A stretch of DNA of 64,000 nt from Terriglobia bacterium. Its GTDB lineage: Bacteria > Acidobacteriota > Terriglobia > Bryobacterales > Bryobacteraceae. The notes beneath the pieces are model-generated. The model ran no database searches and was not told the DNA's origin. It saw only the letters and a list, made by a program, of their open reading frames with translations. The position numbers were made by a program, and so were the translations under genes. Below, piece by piece: positions 1-10,578 of the stretch; the first letter of the stretch is position 1; the number at the start of each line of letters is the position of its first letter. The stretch is taken from the NCBI GenBank assembly GCA_963786745.1, contig CAWBAE010000003.1, forward strand, positions 106,082-170,081, written 5' to 3'.

Positions 1-634
1 CGAGCACGGCCTGGGTCTGGAGCAGTTGCTTGACGTGCGCCGGATCGTCGACGCCCGGGAGCTGAACCAGCAATTCTGCCTCGGCATCGCTCCGTCCGGT
101 GGGTTGCACGGACGACTCCGCTAAGCCCAGACCGTTGATCTTGCGCTCGATGGTGGCCATGGTCTGGGTCATGGTGTCCTGTCGCAGCTTCAAGGCTTCG
201 GTGGGCTTCATCGTAAGCCGGTAGTCGGTGGAGTTCAGCGGCGTGAGCACCCACTCGCTGAATTGATCGGCGATGGTGCTGCGGAATGCCGCGGTGTTCG
301 CCCCTGCGACGCCTTTAATATCGATTTCGATCTTGTCGGCGTCTTCCAACCGGCTGGGGTCGTTGCGGTCCATCGTGCCGACGCTGATGCTGTCCTTTTT
401 GAACTCTTCCCGCAGCCGGTCCATGGTGGTGTCGGCGTACGCCTTGAAGGCGTCCTGCAACTGAACCTGCATTACCAGCTGCGTGCCGCCGCTCAGATCG
501 AGACCGAGATGGATGTTCTTTTTCCAGTTGGCGATCAGCTCATCCTTCGATTTGGGGAGACCGATAATGCCGTAAATGCACACCAGGATAACCGCCACGA
601 TGACGGCGGCTTTGATTTTGATATTGCGATTCAT
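1..634 (-). CDS. secD: Protein translocase subunit SecD, N-terminal part (gene continues past the left edge)
   Basis: Manual reverse translation from ATG at 634-632 gives MNRNIKIKAAVIVAVILVCIYGIIGLPKSKDELIANWKKNIHLGLDLSGGTQLVMQV..., a TM anchor followed by the SecD LGLDLxGG motif. Conserved tgt-yajC-secD order. No stop before position 1. The + strand ORF 263..898 is its shadow. Confidence 0.75.
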   Translation of the reverse strand, partial: MNRNIKIKAAVIVAVILVCIYGIIGLPKSKDELIANWKKNIHLGLDLSGGTQLVMQVQLQDAFKAYADTTMDRLREEFKKDSISVGTMDRNDPSRLEDADKIEIDIKGVAGANTAAFRSTIADQFSEWVLTPLNSTDYRLTMKPTEALKLRQDTMTQTMATIERKINGLGLAESSVQPTGRSDAEAELLVQLPGVDDPAHVKQLLQTQAVL

Positions 635-669
635 CTTAAGCGTCTTTCGATTTTAGCTGCGGAACGCCT

Positions 670-984
670 TTATGCTTTCTTTTCTTCGGTCACCAGACTC
701 GAAACCGCGCTGCGCGCAACCTGCAGTTTCAAGTTGTCCGGCTTGACGCGTAGTATCAGGGTATCATCATTGTTGATCGTCACAATGGTCCCGACGATCC
801 CTCCCGTGGTCAGCACCACGCTGCCATTCTGGAGGTCCTTCAGCATCTGTTGCTGCTGCTTCTTCTGGCGCTGCATGGGCATGAAAACCAGCACATAAAA
901 GATGCCGACAATCACCAGGATCGGAAGGAATCCGATGATGGGGTTGGACGCTGTCTGCTGGAATAAAAAACTAAAGAAGGTCAT
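670..984 (-). CDS. yajC: Preprotein translocase subunit YajC
   Basis: 104 aa with one N-terminal TM, then MPMQRQKKQQQQMLKDLQNGSVVLTTGGIVGTIV, typical of YajC. Sits between tgt and secD. Confidence 0.9.
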   Translation of the reverse strand: MTFFSFLFQQTASNPIIGFLPILVIVGIFYVLVFMPMQRQKKQQQQMLKDLQNGSVVLTTGGIVGTIVTINNDDTLILRVKPDNLKLQVARSAVSSLVTEEKKA

Positions 985-1062
985 GCTCGCCGATTTCTAA
1001 CTTCGTATCGCCAGTTAACTTTTCAGAGGGATAACAAGTGCGACGGAGGACAAATCCTGGTC

Positions 1063-2665
<1,603 letters not shown>

Positions 2666-2683
2666 CTCGGTTCGATGATACCG

Positions 2684-3766
2684 CTACCGGATCACTTGAT
2701 GCCGCCTCAGGATTTCGAGTGTCTTGTCGATCGGGAGGGCATCCACGGTGTGGCCTTGCGACGTGGTTGTAGTCGCCTTGAACAAAGAATTGCAGACCGC
2801 CTCCTCGGTGGCTTCAATCGCGGCCAAAAACAGCGGAGACATGGCGTCGTTATCCAGCAGCTCGCGCGCGTGCGAGGTCGAGAACGCGATGGAATAATCC
2901 CCGCTGCCGTTGCTTCCCGCCGCGCCCGTCCGGCCCAGGCCGAGCATGGTTCGCGCGGCCAGGCGCTTCAGATTGCGCGCGTCCACCGGGGCATCCGTCG
3001 CCACCACGACGATCACCGATCCTTTGGCGGTGTCGAGTTCGTCGTGCAGATAATAACGGCCCAACTCCTGGCCCACGGGCGCGCCCGCAATACTCAGGAC
3101 GCCGCCAAAATTGGTCTGCACCAGCACGCCCACGGTATACCCGCCCAGTGCCGCGGGCAGCTTTCTGGACGAAGTTCCGATGCCGCCCTTGAATCCGAAC
3201 GCCACAGTGCCGGTCCCGGCGCCCACCGCGCCTTCCTCCACCGGTCCGGATTTAGCATCGTGAATCGCCGCGAAAACCTCCGCGCGGCCCACATGCCGTC
3301 CGCGAATATCGTTGAGGTATCCGTCGTTGGTCTCGCCGACCAGCGGATTGATCGACAGCACATTTTCGTTGCCGGGCAGAGCGAGCATATAATCCACCAG
3401 AGCGTCCGCGACGCGCCAGACATTGAGCGTGGAGGTTAGAAGAACGGGCGTTTCGATTTCGCCCAACTCTTCCACCTGCGTGGAGCCGGCCAGCTTGCCA
3501 AAGGCATTTCCGACAAAGACCGCGCCGGCCACTTTCTCGCGAAACAGATTGCGGGTGTGCGGCAGAACTGCCGTGACGCCGGTTCGGATATTCGCGCCCT
3601 CGATCAGCGTCCGGTGGCCCACCGCCACCCCGGCGACATCCGTGATGGCGTTCAGCGGTCCAGGTGGGAGCACGCCCGTCACGATTCCGAGATCCCGGGC
3701 GCGAGGCCGCGCGGTCTGCGCTGCTAACAATTCAGAGAGCAAGCAGACCGCCGCCAATAGTCGCAT
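2684..3766 (-). CDS. P1/S58 family peptidase (DmpA-like L-aminopeptidase/D-esterase), secreted
   Basis: 360 aa with a signal peptide. GVTAVLPH, GETNDG, GAGTGTV and KGGIGTSS motifs are typical of the DmpA/peptidase S58 family. Confidence 0.8.
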   Translation of the reverse strand: MRLLAAVCLLSELLAAQTARPRARDLGIVTGVLPPGPLNAITDVAGVAVGHRTLIEGANIRTGVTAVLPHTRNLFREKVAGAVFVGNAFGKLAGSTQVEELGEIETPVLLTSTLNVWRVADALVDYMLALPGNENVLSINPLVGETNDGYLNDIRGRHVGRAEVFAAIHDAKSGPVEEGAVGAGTGTVAFGFKGGIGTSSRKLPAALGGYTVGVLVQTNFGGVLSIAGAPVGQELGRYYLHDELDTAKGSVIVVVATDAPVDARNLKRLAARTMLGLGRTGAAGSNGSGDYSIAFSTSHARELLDNDAMSPLFLAAIEATEEAVCNSLFKATTTTSQGHTVDALPIDKTLEILRRHQVIR

Positions 3767-3791
3767 TCAAACTCGTCACGCGGCGCGCGAC

Positions 3792-5033
3792 TTACTCCAG
3801 CGCCAGGTAGGCTTCGCGCTTGAATTGATCGGCCGCCGGAATATTGGTGGGCGGCAAAACGTTGATCAGGAACACGCCGATCATGTGCTCCTTGGGATCG
3901 ATCCAGAAGCTGGTGCCGGCCGCGCCGCCCCAGTTGAACTCGCCCGCCGATCCCACCGCGCCGGTTTTTCCGACACCCAGGTTCACGGCGAAAGTAAGGC
4001 CGAAGCCGTAGCCATCCTGCAGGACGCCGGTTCTCGCGCGATCGCCCAGATGATCGGCGGACATCAGCTCAATGGTCTTGCGTGAGAGCAGCCGCACGCC
4101 GTACAGCTCGCCGCCGTTGACCAGCATCATGCAGAAGCGCGCGTAGTCATCCAGCGTGGAAGTCAATCCTGCGCCGCCGAGCAGCAGCGCTGGTTTCTTC
4201 TTGAAACTGTCTTGCGCCGGAGAGGTGGAAACCTCGATCCCGCTGGCGTCTTTCTTGGGAGTGTAGAGAGTGGCCAGGCGTTTCCATTTGTCTTCCGGAA
4301 CGAAGAACGCCGAGTCCTGCATGCCCAACGGGCGGAAAATTCGCTCTGCGAAAAACTGGTCGAGTGTCTTACCCGACAGCACTTCCACCAACCGGCCCAG
4401 CACGTCGATCGAGTAACCGTAGCGGAACGTCGTGCCCGGCTGATCGTTCAGCGGCGCGGTTGCCAATCGCTTCACTGCTTCCGCCAGGTCGAACGGAACC
4501 AAGGGAGCGCCGCCCATCATATCGAGCTTCTTGTAAGCGAACTCGCCGGCCGCATCCTTCGGCCCGGCGTAATCAAGGCCTGAGGTGTGACGGAACAAAT
4601 CCCGCACGGTGATCGGATGCGCGGCTGGCACAGTGTAGTAAGTCCGCCTTCCCAGCGCGTCGTAAGATTCCATCCCGACGCGCATGTTGGCGAACTCCGG
4701 CAGATATTTCGACAGCGGATCGTTAAGCGAAAATTTGCCCTCTTCGTACAGCATCATGGCCGCCACGCCGGTTATGGCCTTGGTCATGGAGTACATCCGG
4801 ACGATGGTGTCCGGTTTGTATTCGCCCCAGGTTCCGCGGAAAACCACCTTTCCGTTGCGGGCGATCAATCCGGATGCGCCGTTCAGATGGCCGGCCTGAA
4901 TATGCTCGCTCATGATGGTGTTGATTTGAGCGAGACGGGCGTTCGAGAGGCCGGCCTGCTCGGGAGCGCCAGTGGGCAGGGCCGCCGAGAACACCAAACT
5001 GACGCACAGGGTCGCGAGAAGTAGAATCCGCAT
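3792..5033 (-). CDS. Serine hydrolase, beta-lactamase/transpeptidase-like (class C-like), secreted
   Basis: 413 aa with a signal peptide. SxxK active-site motif (YSMTKAITG) and beta-lactamase-family length and architecture. Confidence 0.85.
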   Translation of the reverse strand: MRILLLATLCVSLVFSAALPTGAPEQAGLSNARLAQINTIMSEHIQAGHLNGASGLIARNGKVVFRGTWGEYKPDTIVRMYSMTKAITGVAAMMLYEEGKFSLNDPLSKYLPEFANMRVGMESYDALGRRTYYTVPAAHPITVRDLFRHTSGLDYAGPKDAAGEFAYKKLDMMGGAPLVPFDLAEAVKRLATAPLNDQPGTTFRYGYSIDVLGRLVEVLSGKTLDQFFAERIFRPLGMQDSAFFVPEDKWKRLATLYTPKKDASGIEVSTSPAQDSFKKKPALLLGGAGLTSTLDDYARFCMMLVNGGELYGVRLLSRKTIELMSADHLGDRARTGVLQDGYGFGLTFAVNLGVGKTGAVGSAGEFNWGGAAGTSFWIDPKEHMIGVFLINVLPPTNIPAADQFKREAYLALE

Positions 5034-5119
5034 GACCGCTATTTATATCACAACCGCTGCGTTCGGAAAATTTTCCACGACGGAATCACCGGCCTGGGTT
5101 AACATGAAAAGACATTCGG

Positions 5120-6520
5120 ATGTCTTTGCGTTTTTATAACACCCTGACCCAGCAAGTGGAGCCGTTTTCCGTTCTGCACGACAACGTGGTGCGCATGTAC
5201 ACGTGCGGGCCCACCGTATATAACTACGTGCATATCGGCAACCTGCGCACTTTCACCTTTCAGGACATTCTGCGGCGCTGGCTGCGGGCGCGCGGCTATC
5301 AGCTGGACCATGTCATGAACATCACCGACGTGGAGGATAAGATCATTCGCAACGCGTCGGCCGAGAACAAGAGCATCGTTGAGTACACCGAAAAATATAC
5401 CCAGGCCTTTCTGGAAGATACAGCCGCGCTGCGTCTGGAGCGGCCGGAGCGTCTGGTGAAGGCCACCGAACATATCCCCGAAATGGTGAGCGCGATCGAG
5501 AAGCTTTCCGAGCGCGGCTATACCTATCAAACCGACGGTTCGGTTTACTACCGGATTTCGAAATTCCCGGATTATGGAAAGCTCTCGCATAACGACTTCA
5601 GCGGGATCCGCGCCGGCGCCCGAGTGGATGTGGACGAATACGACAAAGCCAACGCGCGCGATTTCGTTTTATGGAAGGCGTCCAAGAACGGCGAGCCATT
5701 TTGGGATAGCGCCGTCGGGCCCGGGCGGCCGGGTTGGCATATCGAATGCTCAGTGATGGCGATGAAATACCTGGGAGAAACCCTGGATATCCACGCGGGC
5801 GGGGTAGATCTGATTTTTCCACATCACGAAAATGAAATCGCGCAGTCGGAAGCGATCACCTCCAAACCGTTCGCGCGCTTCTGGTTGCACTCTGAGTTCC
5901 TGAACGTGGAGTCGCAGAAGATGTCCAAGTCGGCGGGTAACTTCTACACGCTGCGGGATCTCGTGGCCATGGGCTACGCGCCCGAAGCGGTGCGGTACCT
6001 GCTGGCCTCGGTGCCGTATCGCAAAAAGCTGAATTTCACCTTCGACGGATTGAAGGCCGCAGCCACTACCATCGAGCGCCTGCGGAATTTCAAGCTTCGG
6101 CTCGACACCGAGAATTTCCCTGGCGGCGTCAATCAGGGCATTCTGGACCGAACCAACGCCGCGTCCGGGCGCTTCGACAAAAGCCTGGACGACGACCTGA
6201 ACACTGCGGAGGCCTTGGCGGCGCTGTTTGAATACGTCCGCGACACCAACACGGCCATGGACGCCGGCCAATTTCTCGCCGGGAATGTCCCGGCCGCGTC
6301 CGAGCTGCTGAATCGGTTGGACTCGATTTTCGACGTGCTGCGCCCATCCGCGAGCGTCGGCGGGATGAGTGACGCGGATGTGGAAGCTCTGATCGCCGAA
6401 CGCGCCGAAGCCAAGAAGAATCGCGAATTCCAGCGATCCGACGAAATTCGGAAACAATTATTGGACGCCGGCATCATCCTGGAGGACACCAAGGAAGGCG
6501 CGCGCTGGAAGAGGAAGTAG
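5120..6520 (+). CDS. cysS: Cysteine--tRNA ligase
   Basis: 466 aa. HIGN (HIGH-class) and KMSKS motifs, CGPTVY N-terminus, WHIECS zinc site. Confidence 0.95.
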   Translation: MSLRFYNTLTQQVEPFSVLHDNVVRMYTCGPTVYNYVHIGNLRTFTFQDILRRWLRARGYQLDHVMNITDVEDKIIRNASAENKSIVEYTEKYTQAFLEDTAALRLERPERLVKATEHIPEMVSAIEKLSERGYTYQTDGSVYYRISKFPDYGKLSHNDFSGIRAGARVDVDEYDKANARDFVLWKASKNGEPFWDSAVGPGRPGWHIECSVMAMKYLGETLDIHAGGVDLIFPHHENEIAQSEAITSKPFARFWLHSEFLNVESQKMSKSAGNFYTLRDLVAMGYAPEAVRYLLASVPYRKKLNFTFDGLKAAATTIERLRNFKLRLDTENFPGGVNQGILDRTNAASGRFDKSLDDDLNTAEALAALFEYVRDTNTAMDAGQFLAGNVPAASELLNRLDSIFDVLRPSASVGGMSDADVEALIAERAEAKKNREFQRSDEIRKQLLDAGIILEDTKEGARWKRK

Positions 6521-6527
6521 GCACCAT

Positions 6528-7719
6528 ATGAAAATTGACACCAAGGTAGTGCACGCCGGCGATCGAAAAGGCGATCCGAACTCGCCCGGCGCGTTCGTTC
6601 CAGTCACCGTGCCCATCTCCACCGCGGTCAGCTATTTGTACGAAAGCACCGCCAAGCTGGACCGCGTGCTGGGCCAGGAGGAAGAAGGCTTCTGCTACGC
6701 CCGTTACAGCAACCCCACCAACGCCGCGCTCGAGCAGGTATTGGCAACGCTCGAAAACGGCGCGGGAGCACTGGCCTGCGCCTCCGGAATGTCTGCCGTG
6801 CACATCGCCATACTCGCGGCTCTCACGGACCGCCGACGATCCATCGTCGCTGCCAGCGCGCTCTACGGCGCCAACACGACGCTGCTCTACAAAGTCCTCG
6901 AGCCGCTCGGCATAGAAATCCGTTCCGTGGATATTTGTGATCTCAATCAAGTCCGGCAAGCCATCGCCGAATCGAAGCCCGGTTGCGTGCTGATGGAAAC
7001 TATCTCGAATCCGCTGCTGCGCGTAGGCGCGCTGGACCAGATAGCCGAAGCTTCGCGGGCCGCCGGCGCGGCGCTGGTGGTGGACAATACCTTCGCGACA
7101 CCCATGCTGGTGCGGCCGACTCGAGCTCGGAGCGCACCTGGTGGTGCACAGCCTCACCAAGTTCCTGGCCGGGCATGGCGACGTCTTGGGCGGCGTAGTG
7201 ATCGCGGATGCGGAACACGAGCCCAGCGTCCGGTCACTCAGCCGCACGGTGGGGCCGCTGCTCGGCCCGTTTGAGAGCTACTTGACCATGCGCGGCATCA
7301 AGACCTTCGCTCTAAGAATGGAGCGCCAGTGCGCGAACGCCTGCCGTATCGCCGCCTGGCTCCGCTCGCATCCGGCCATCGCGCGGGTTCATTACCTGGC
7401 CGACCCGGCGCATCCGGACGCGGCGGTCATCCGGCGGCTGCTCCCGGAGGGCTTGCACGGGGCCATCGTCAGCTTCGAATTAAAGGACGCCGGCAAGGAA
7501 GATGTTTTCCGTTTCATGGACCGGCTGAAACTGGTGGTGCGCGGAACATCGCTCGGCGACGTCCACACGCTGATGTTGTACCCGCTCATCTCGTCGCATC
7601 GCGACCTCGCCCCGAAGCAACGTGAGCGCCTGGGCATCGGCGACGGTTTAGTGCGGTTGTGCGCGGGCATCGAGGCGGCCGAGGATATCATTGCCGATCT
7701 TGAACAGGCCTTGCAGTAA
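6528..7719 (+). pseudogene. Cys/Met-metabolism PLP-dependent enzyme (cystathionine gamma-synthase/gamma-lyase/methionine gamma-lyase family), interrupted by one +1 frameshift near 7119-7120
   Basis: ORF 6528..7274 carries ...YSNPTN...DNTFATPMLVRP. ORF 7141..7719 continues in the +1 frame with (LELGAH)LVVHSLTKFLAGHGD (PLP-lysine motif SxTK). Deleting one base in ccg-a-ctc restores RPLELGAHLVVHSLTK. Confidence 0.85.
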
Positions 7720-7740
7720 GCCAGGTTGGGAAGGATTGTT

Positions 7741-9210
7741 GTGACTCTGAAGTTCTCCGCCGTTGTTTTGATCGCGGCCTGCCATGTTGCCGCCGCGACC
7801 GTTTCGCTGGGCAGCGCCGCCGTCTCGGTATTCGGCGCGCGCGGCCCGGACACGGAGACGCCACCTGCCTATGTAACCAACCCCGGCGCATTCGGATTCT
7901 CGATCACCGACGGCTCGACCGTGCTGTCCGGCCAGGAGCGTCGCAATACGGATCCGGCCGGCGGGCCCAATCTGGCTCTCGAATCCATGGGTTCTTTCGA
8001 CGGCCGCGAGATAACGATTGCCGGAACCATCAACACGCTGATTGTGGCGGACGCGGAAGGCGACTCCGGCGGACACTCCCAGGCCTTCGGGATCGGACTC
8101 TGCACGGTCGGCTGGCGCAACCAGGCGGCCGCCACATACAATCTGAATCTGTTCGAGACGCAACCCCAGCCGTCGCCCGACGGTTTCGCCGGAATCGCGT
8201 TCGGATTTCGCAATGGATCGCTGTACATGGTGGCTTATGACTATGACAGCCAGCCCAACCAGATTTTCGTAAACCTCGGAAACGCCGGCCTGGCTTCCGG
8301 GCAGGCCTTGACCCAGCCGCTCAAGTTTACTCTGGCGTATGCGAACAACTCACTAGCAGTTACTCTGAACGGCGTTCCCTATGGGTCCGTGCCCACTTCC
8401 CACGACTTCTCGAACGCGCTGCTCGTCGCCATGGGAGCCAGCGTGGATGCCGCCAATGGGACCGGGGCGATGGCGTATATGGACCTGGCCGCCAAGCAAG
8501 GCCCGCCGGAAATCACCGGCGTGGTGAACGGAGCCAGCTTCCTTCCGGGAATCGCCGCGGGAAGCTGGGCCACGGTGCTCGGAACCAATCTGGCGTCCTC
8601 CGTGAAAGTTGCGGGCTCAGGCGATTTCAACGGCAATTTTCTCGGTACCGAGCTCAACCAGACCTCCGTCACAGTGGACGGCTTACCCGCTTTCGTCTAC
8701 TATGTCAGCGCGAACCAGATCAACATAATCGTCCCCGATGACCCCAACATCGGCACGGCAAACGTGCAGGTGACCACGTCCGTGGGCGCCAGCAACACCT
8801 ACCAAGCCGGCAAAATGAGCCTCGCGCCCGCGCTGTTTTTGTTCAGCGGCGTTTATCCCGCCGCGGTTCATTCGAACGGGACCTATCTCGGTCCGCCAAA
8901 CATCATTCCCAACGTGGTTACTCAGCCCGCCAAGCCGAACGAGACCATTCTGCTGTTCGGTACCGGCTTCGGCCCCACCACTCCAGTGGTTCCAGCCGGG
9001 TCTCTGGATCCCAATACCGCGCCCTTGCAGCTGGCCGTCACGGCCACCGTGGGTGGCCTGCCCGCAAAGGTGGAAGGCTGGATGACCGCCGTGGGGCTTT
9101 ATCAACTCAATCTGACCGTGCCTAACCTTCCGGACGGGGATGCCTCGCTGGTGATCGACGTGGGGGGCGCCTCGACGCAGCCTGGCCTGCTGCTTTCGAT
9201 CGCCCAGTGA
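7741..9210 (+). CDS. Secreted protein with Solibacter-type C-terminal IPT/TIG-like domain (TIGR03437-like)
   Basis: The ORF opens at 7726 (TTG). GTG at 7741 is preceded by GGAAGGA. Signal peptide present. C-terminal half: ITGVVNGASF...SANQINIIVPDD...GLYQLNLTVPNLPDGD, the pattern of the uncharacterised Solibacter C-terminal domain. Confidence 0.75.
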   Translation: MTLKFSAVVLIAACHVAAATVSLGSAAVSVFGARGPDTETPPAYVTNPGAFGFSITDGSTVLSGQERRNTDPAGGPNLALESMGSFDGREITIAGTINTLIVADAEGDSGGHSQAFGIGLCTVGWRNQAAATYNLNLFETQPQPSPDGFAGIAFGFRNGSLYMVAYDYDSQPNQIFVNLGNAGLASGQALTQPLKFTLAYANNSLAVTLNGVPYGSVPTSHDFSNALLVAMGASVDAANGTGAMAYMDLAAKQGPPEITGVVNGASFLPGIAAGSWATVLGTNLASSVKVAGSGDFNGNFLGTELNQTSVTVDGLPAFVYYVSANQINIIVPDDPNIGTANVQVTTSVGASNTYQAGKMSLAPALFLFSGVYPAAVHSNGTYLGPPNIIPNVVTQPAKPNETILLFGTGFGPTTPVVPAGSLDPNTAPLQLAVTATVGGLPAKVEGWMTAVGLYQLNLTVPNLPDGDASLVIDVGGASTQPGLLLSIAQ

Positions 9211-9231
9211 TTATCCGGCCAAGCTTGCCGA

Positions 9232-10290
9232 TTACTGCCCGCTCGACTGGATTTGCACCAAAGGCTCGGGACCTTCCGAGGGCACGGGGCTGACGATGGT
9301 CTGCGGATCGCGCCAGAAATCGACATACGAGATCTGGTGCACGCACGATACGGTGCAAAACGGAGCGCAGCCTTTCGCGGTCACATACTCGCGGCGAATA
9401 TCTTGGACGTTGTATTCGGCCAGCGCCTTGGCCGGATAGCCGCGCTGCTGCGAGCAGTAGTGAACCAGCCCGTCCTCGCACACATACAGATAGCGCGCGC
9501 CCGCGCGGCAGCGCCAGTCACTCGCGCGGCCGTAAGCGATATCGTCCTGAAAATAATTGATCTGCGAGAAATTCTTCTTCTCGAAATTCTTCATCGCCAG
9601 GAACACGTCCCGCTCCCGGTTGCCGATCGGTTTCAGTTGCCCGCCGCTGTCGTGAATGATTCCGACTGTCGAGGTGAACCCCAGCTCGATGGCCCGCTTG
9701 CCAACCACCAAAGCGTCCTCGGGATTATGAATTCCGCCGCCCAGCACCGAGTTGATATTGACGTGGAAGAGCGCGTGCTCCGACAGGATCTCGAGCTTCT
9801 TGTCGAGCACCTTGAGGCTTTTTTTCGACACCTCGTCCGGCATCACGTTGTCGATGCTGATCTGCATGTGATCCAGGCCCGCGTCGTTCAACTGGCGGAC
9901 GCGTTGCGCCGTGAGAAGATATCCGTTGGTGATCATCCCGGCCAGGATGCCCTTGCCGCGGACGTGCGTAATCAGCCGGTCGAGCTCCGGATGCAGCAGC
10001 GGCTCGCCGCCGCTGAAAGTCACGATGGTGGTGCCGAGCGCGGCCAATTGATCCAGCCGCTCCCTCATCACATCGGCCGGGACGGGTTTGGAGAAATCGT
10101 CGTATTCGTTGCAATAGGTGCACGACAGGTTGCAGCGCCGGATGGGAATGATGTGCGCCATCACCGGGTGATCCCTGGAAGCCAAACCTTTCAGGATCAT
10201 GCGCCACTCGCGCAGGCGGCGATTCAAAGCCCGGACGTCTCGTTGAAATTTGAATTGGAACGTCAGCATGCCCAGAGCAGTTATCTCCAT
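9232..10290 (-). CDS. Radical SAM protein with a Cys-rich SPASM/twitch-like C-terminal region
   Basis: 352 aa. CNLSCTYCNEY (CxxxCxxC) and a GGEPLL glycine motif. C-terminal cysteines: CRAGARYLYVCEDGLVHYC...CAPFCTVSC. Confidence 0.85.
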   Translation of the reverse strand: MEITALGMLTFQFKFQRDVRALNRRLREWRMILKGLASRDHPVMAHIIPIRRCNLSCTYCNEYDDFSKPVPADVMRERLDQLAALGTTIVTFSGGEPLLHPELDRLITHVRGKGILAGMITNGYLLTAQRVRQLNDAGLDHMQISIDNVMPDEVSKKSLKVLDKKLEILSEHALFHVNINSVLGGGIHNPEDALVVGKRAIELGFTSTVGIIHDSGGQLKPIGNRERDVFLAMKNFEKKNFSQINYFQDDIAYGRASDWRCRAGARYLYVCEDGLVHYCSQQRGYPAKALAEYNVQDIRREYVTAKGCAPFCTVSCVHQISYVDFWRDPQTIVSPVPSEGPEPLVQIQSSGQ

Positions 10291-10578
10291 TGAATCATAC
10301 TCTTCGACGGATGTGCACGCTTTTCAAAGGGAACGGTTGCCTGGGCCGTGTGAACTGCGCCGTAGAGGCCTTCAACCAACGCCGCCTGCGAGCAGTCATT
10401 TTCTTGTAACCGGAGCGTCCCGCCGCGACACCTAACAGTAGCGTGCTATTCTGAGTGCTGTCCGGAATCTTTTTTCCCATGCACAGGGCATTTGTGGTTA
10501 CCGCATTGTTAACCTCCTGGCCGGACCACCGGGTTCGCTCGTTCCAAGGATGGCCCCGGTGCCCGGTCCTTCACTCCG

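Noticed and set aside
10295-10480. 61-codon ORF directly upstream of the radical SAM gene as a bona fide RiPP precursor gene.
   Set aside because: The product is Arg-rich with no Cys. GC3 is only about 62%, and there is no recognisable leader/core organisation or RBS. It is kept as a low-interest note under the rSAM finding, not annotated as a CDS.
10481-10578. GGTTCG-containing segment and GC-rich hairpins upstream of the VWA gene as a possible tRNA, tmRNA fragment or riboswitch.
   Set aside because: No acceptor, anticodon or T-arm complementarity could be built around the GGTTCG. No known riboswitch consensus was recognised. By eye, no tRNA or rRNA is evident in any intergenic gap of the window.
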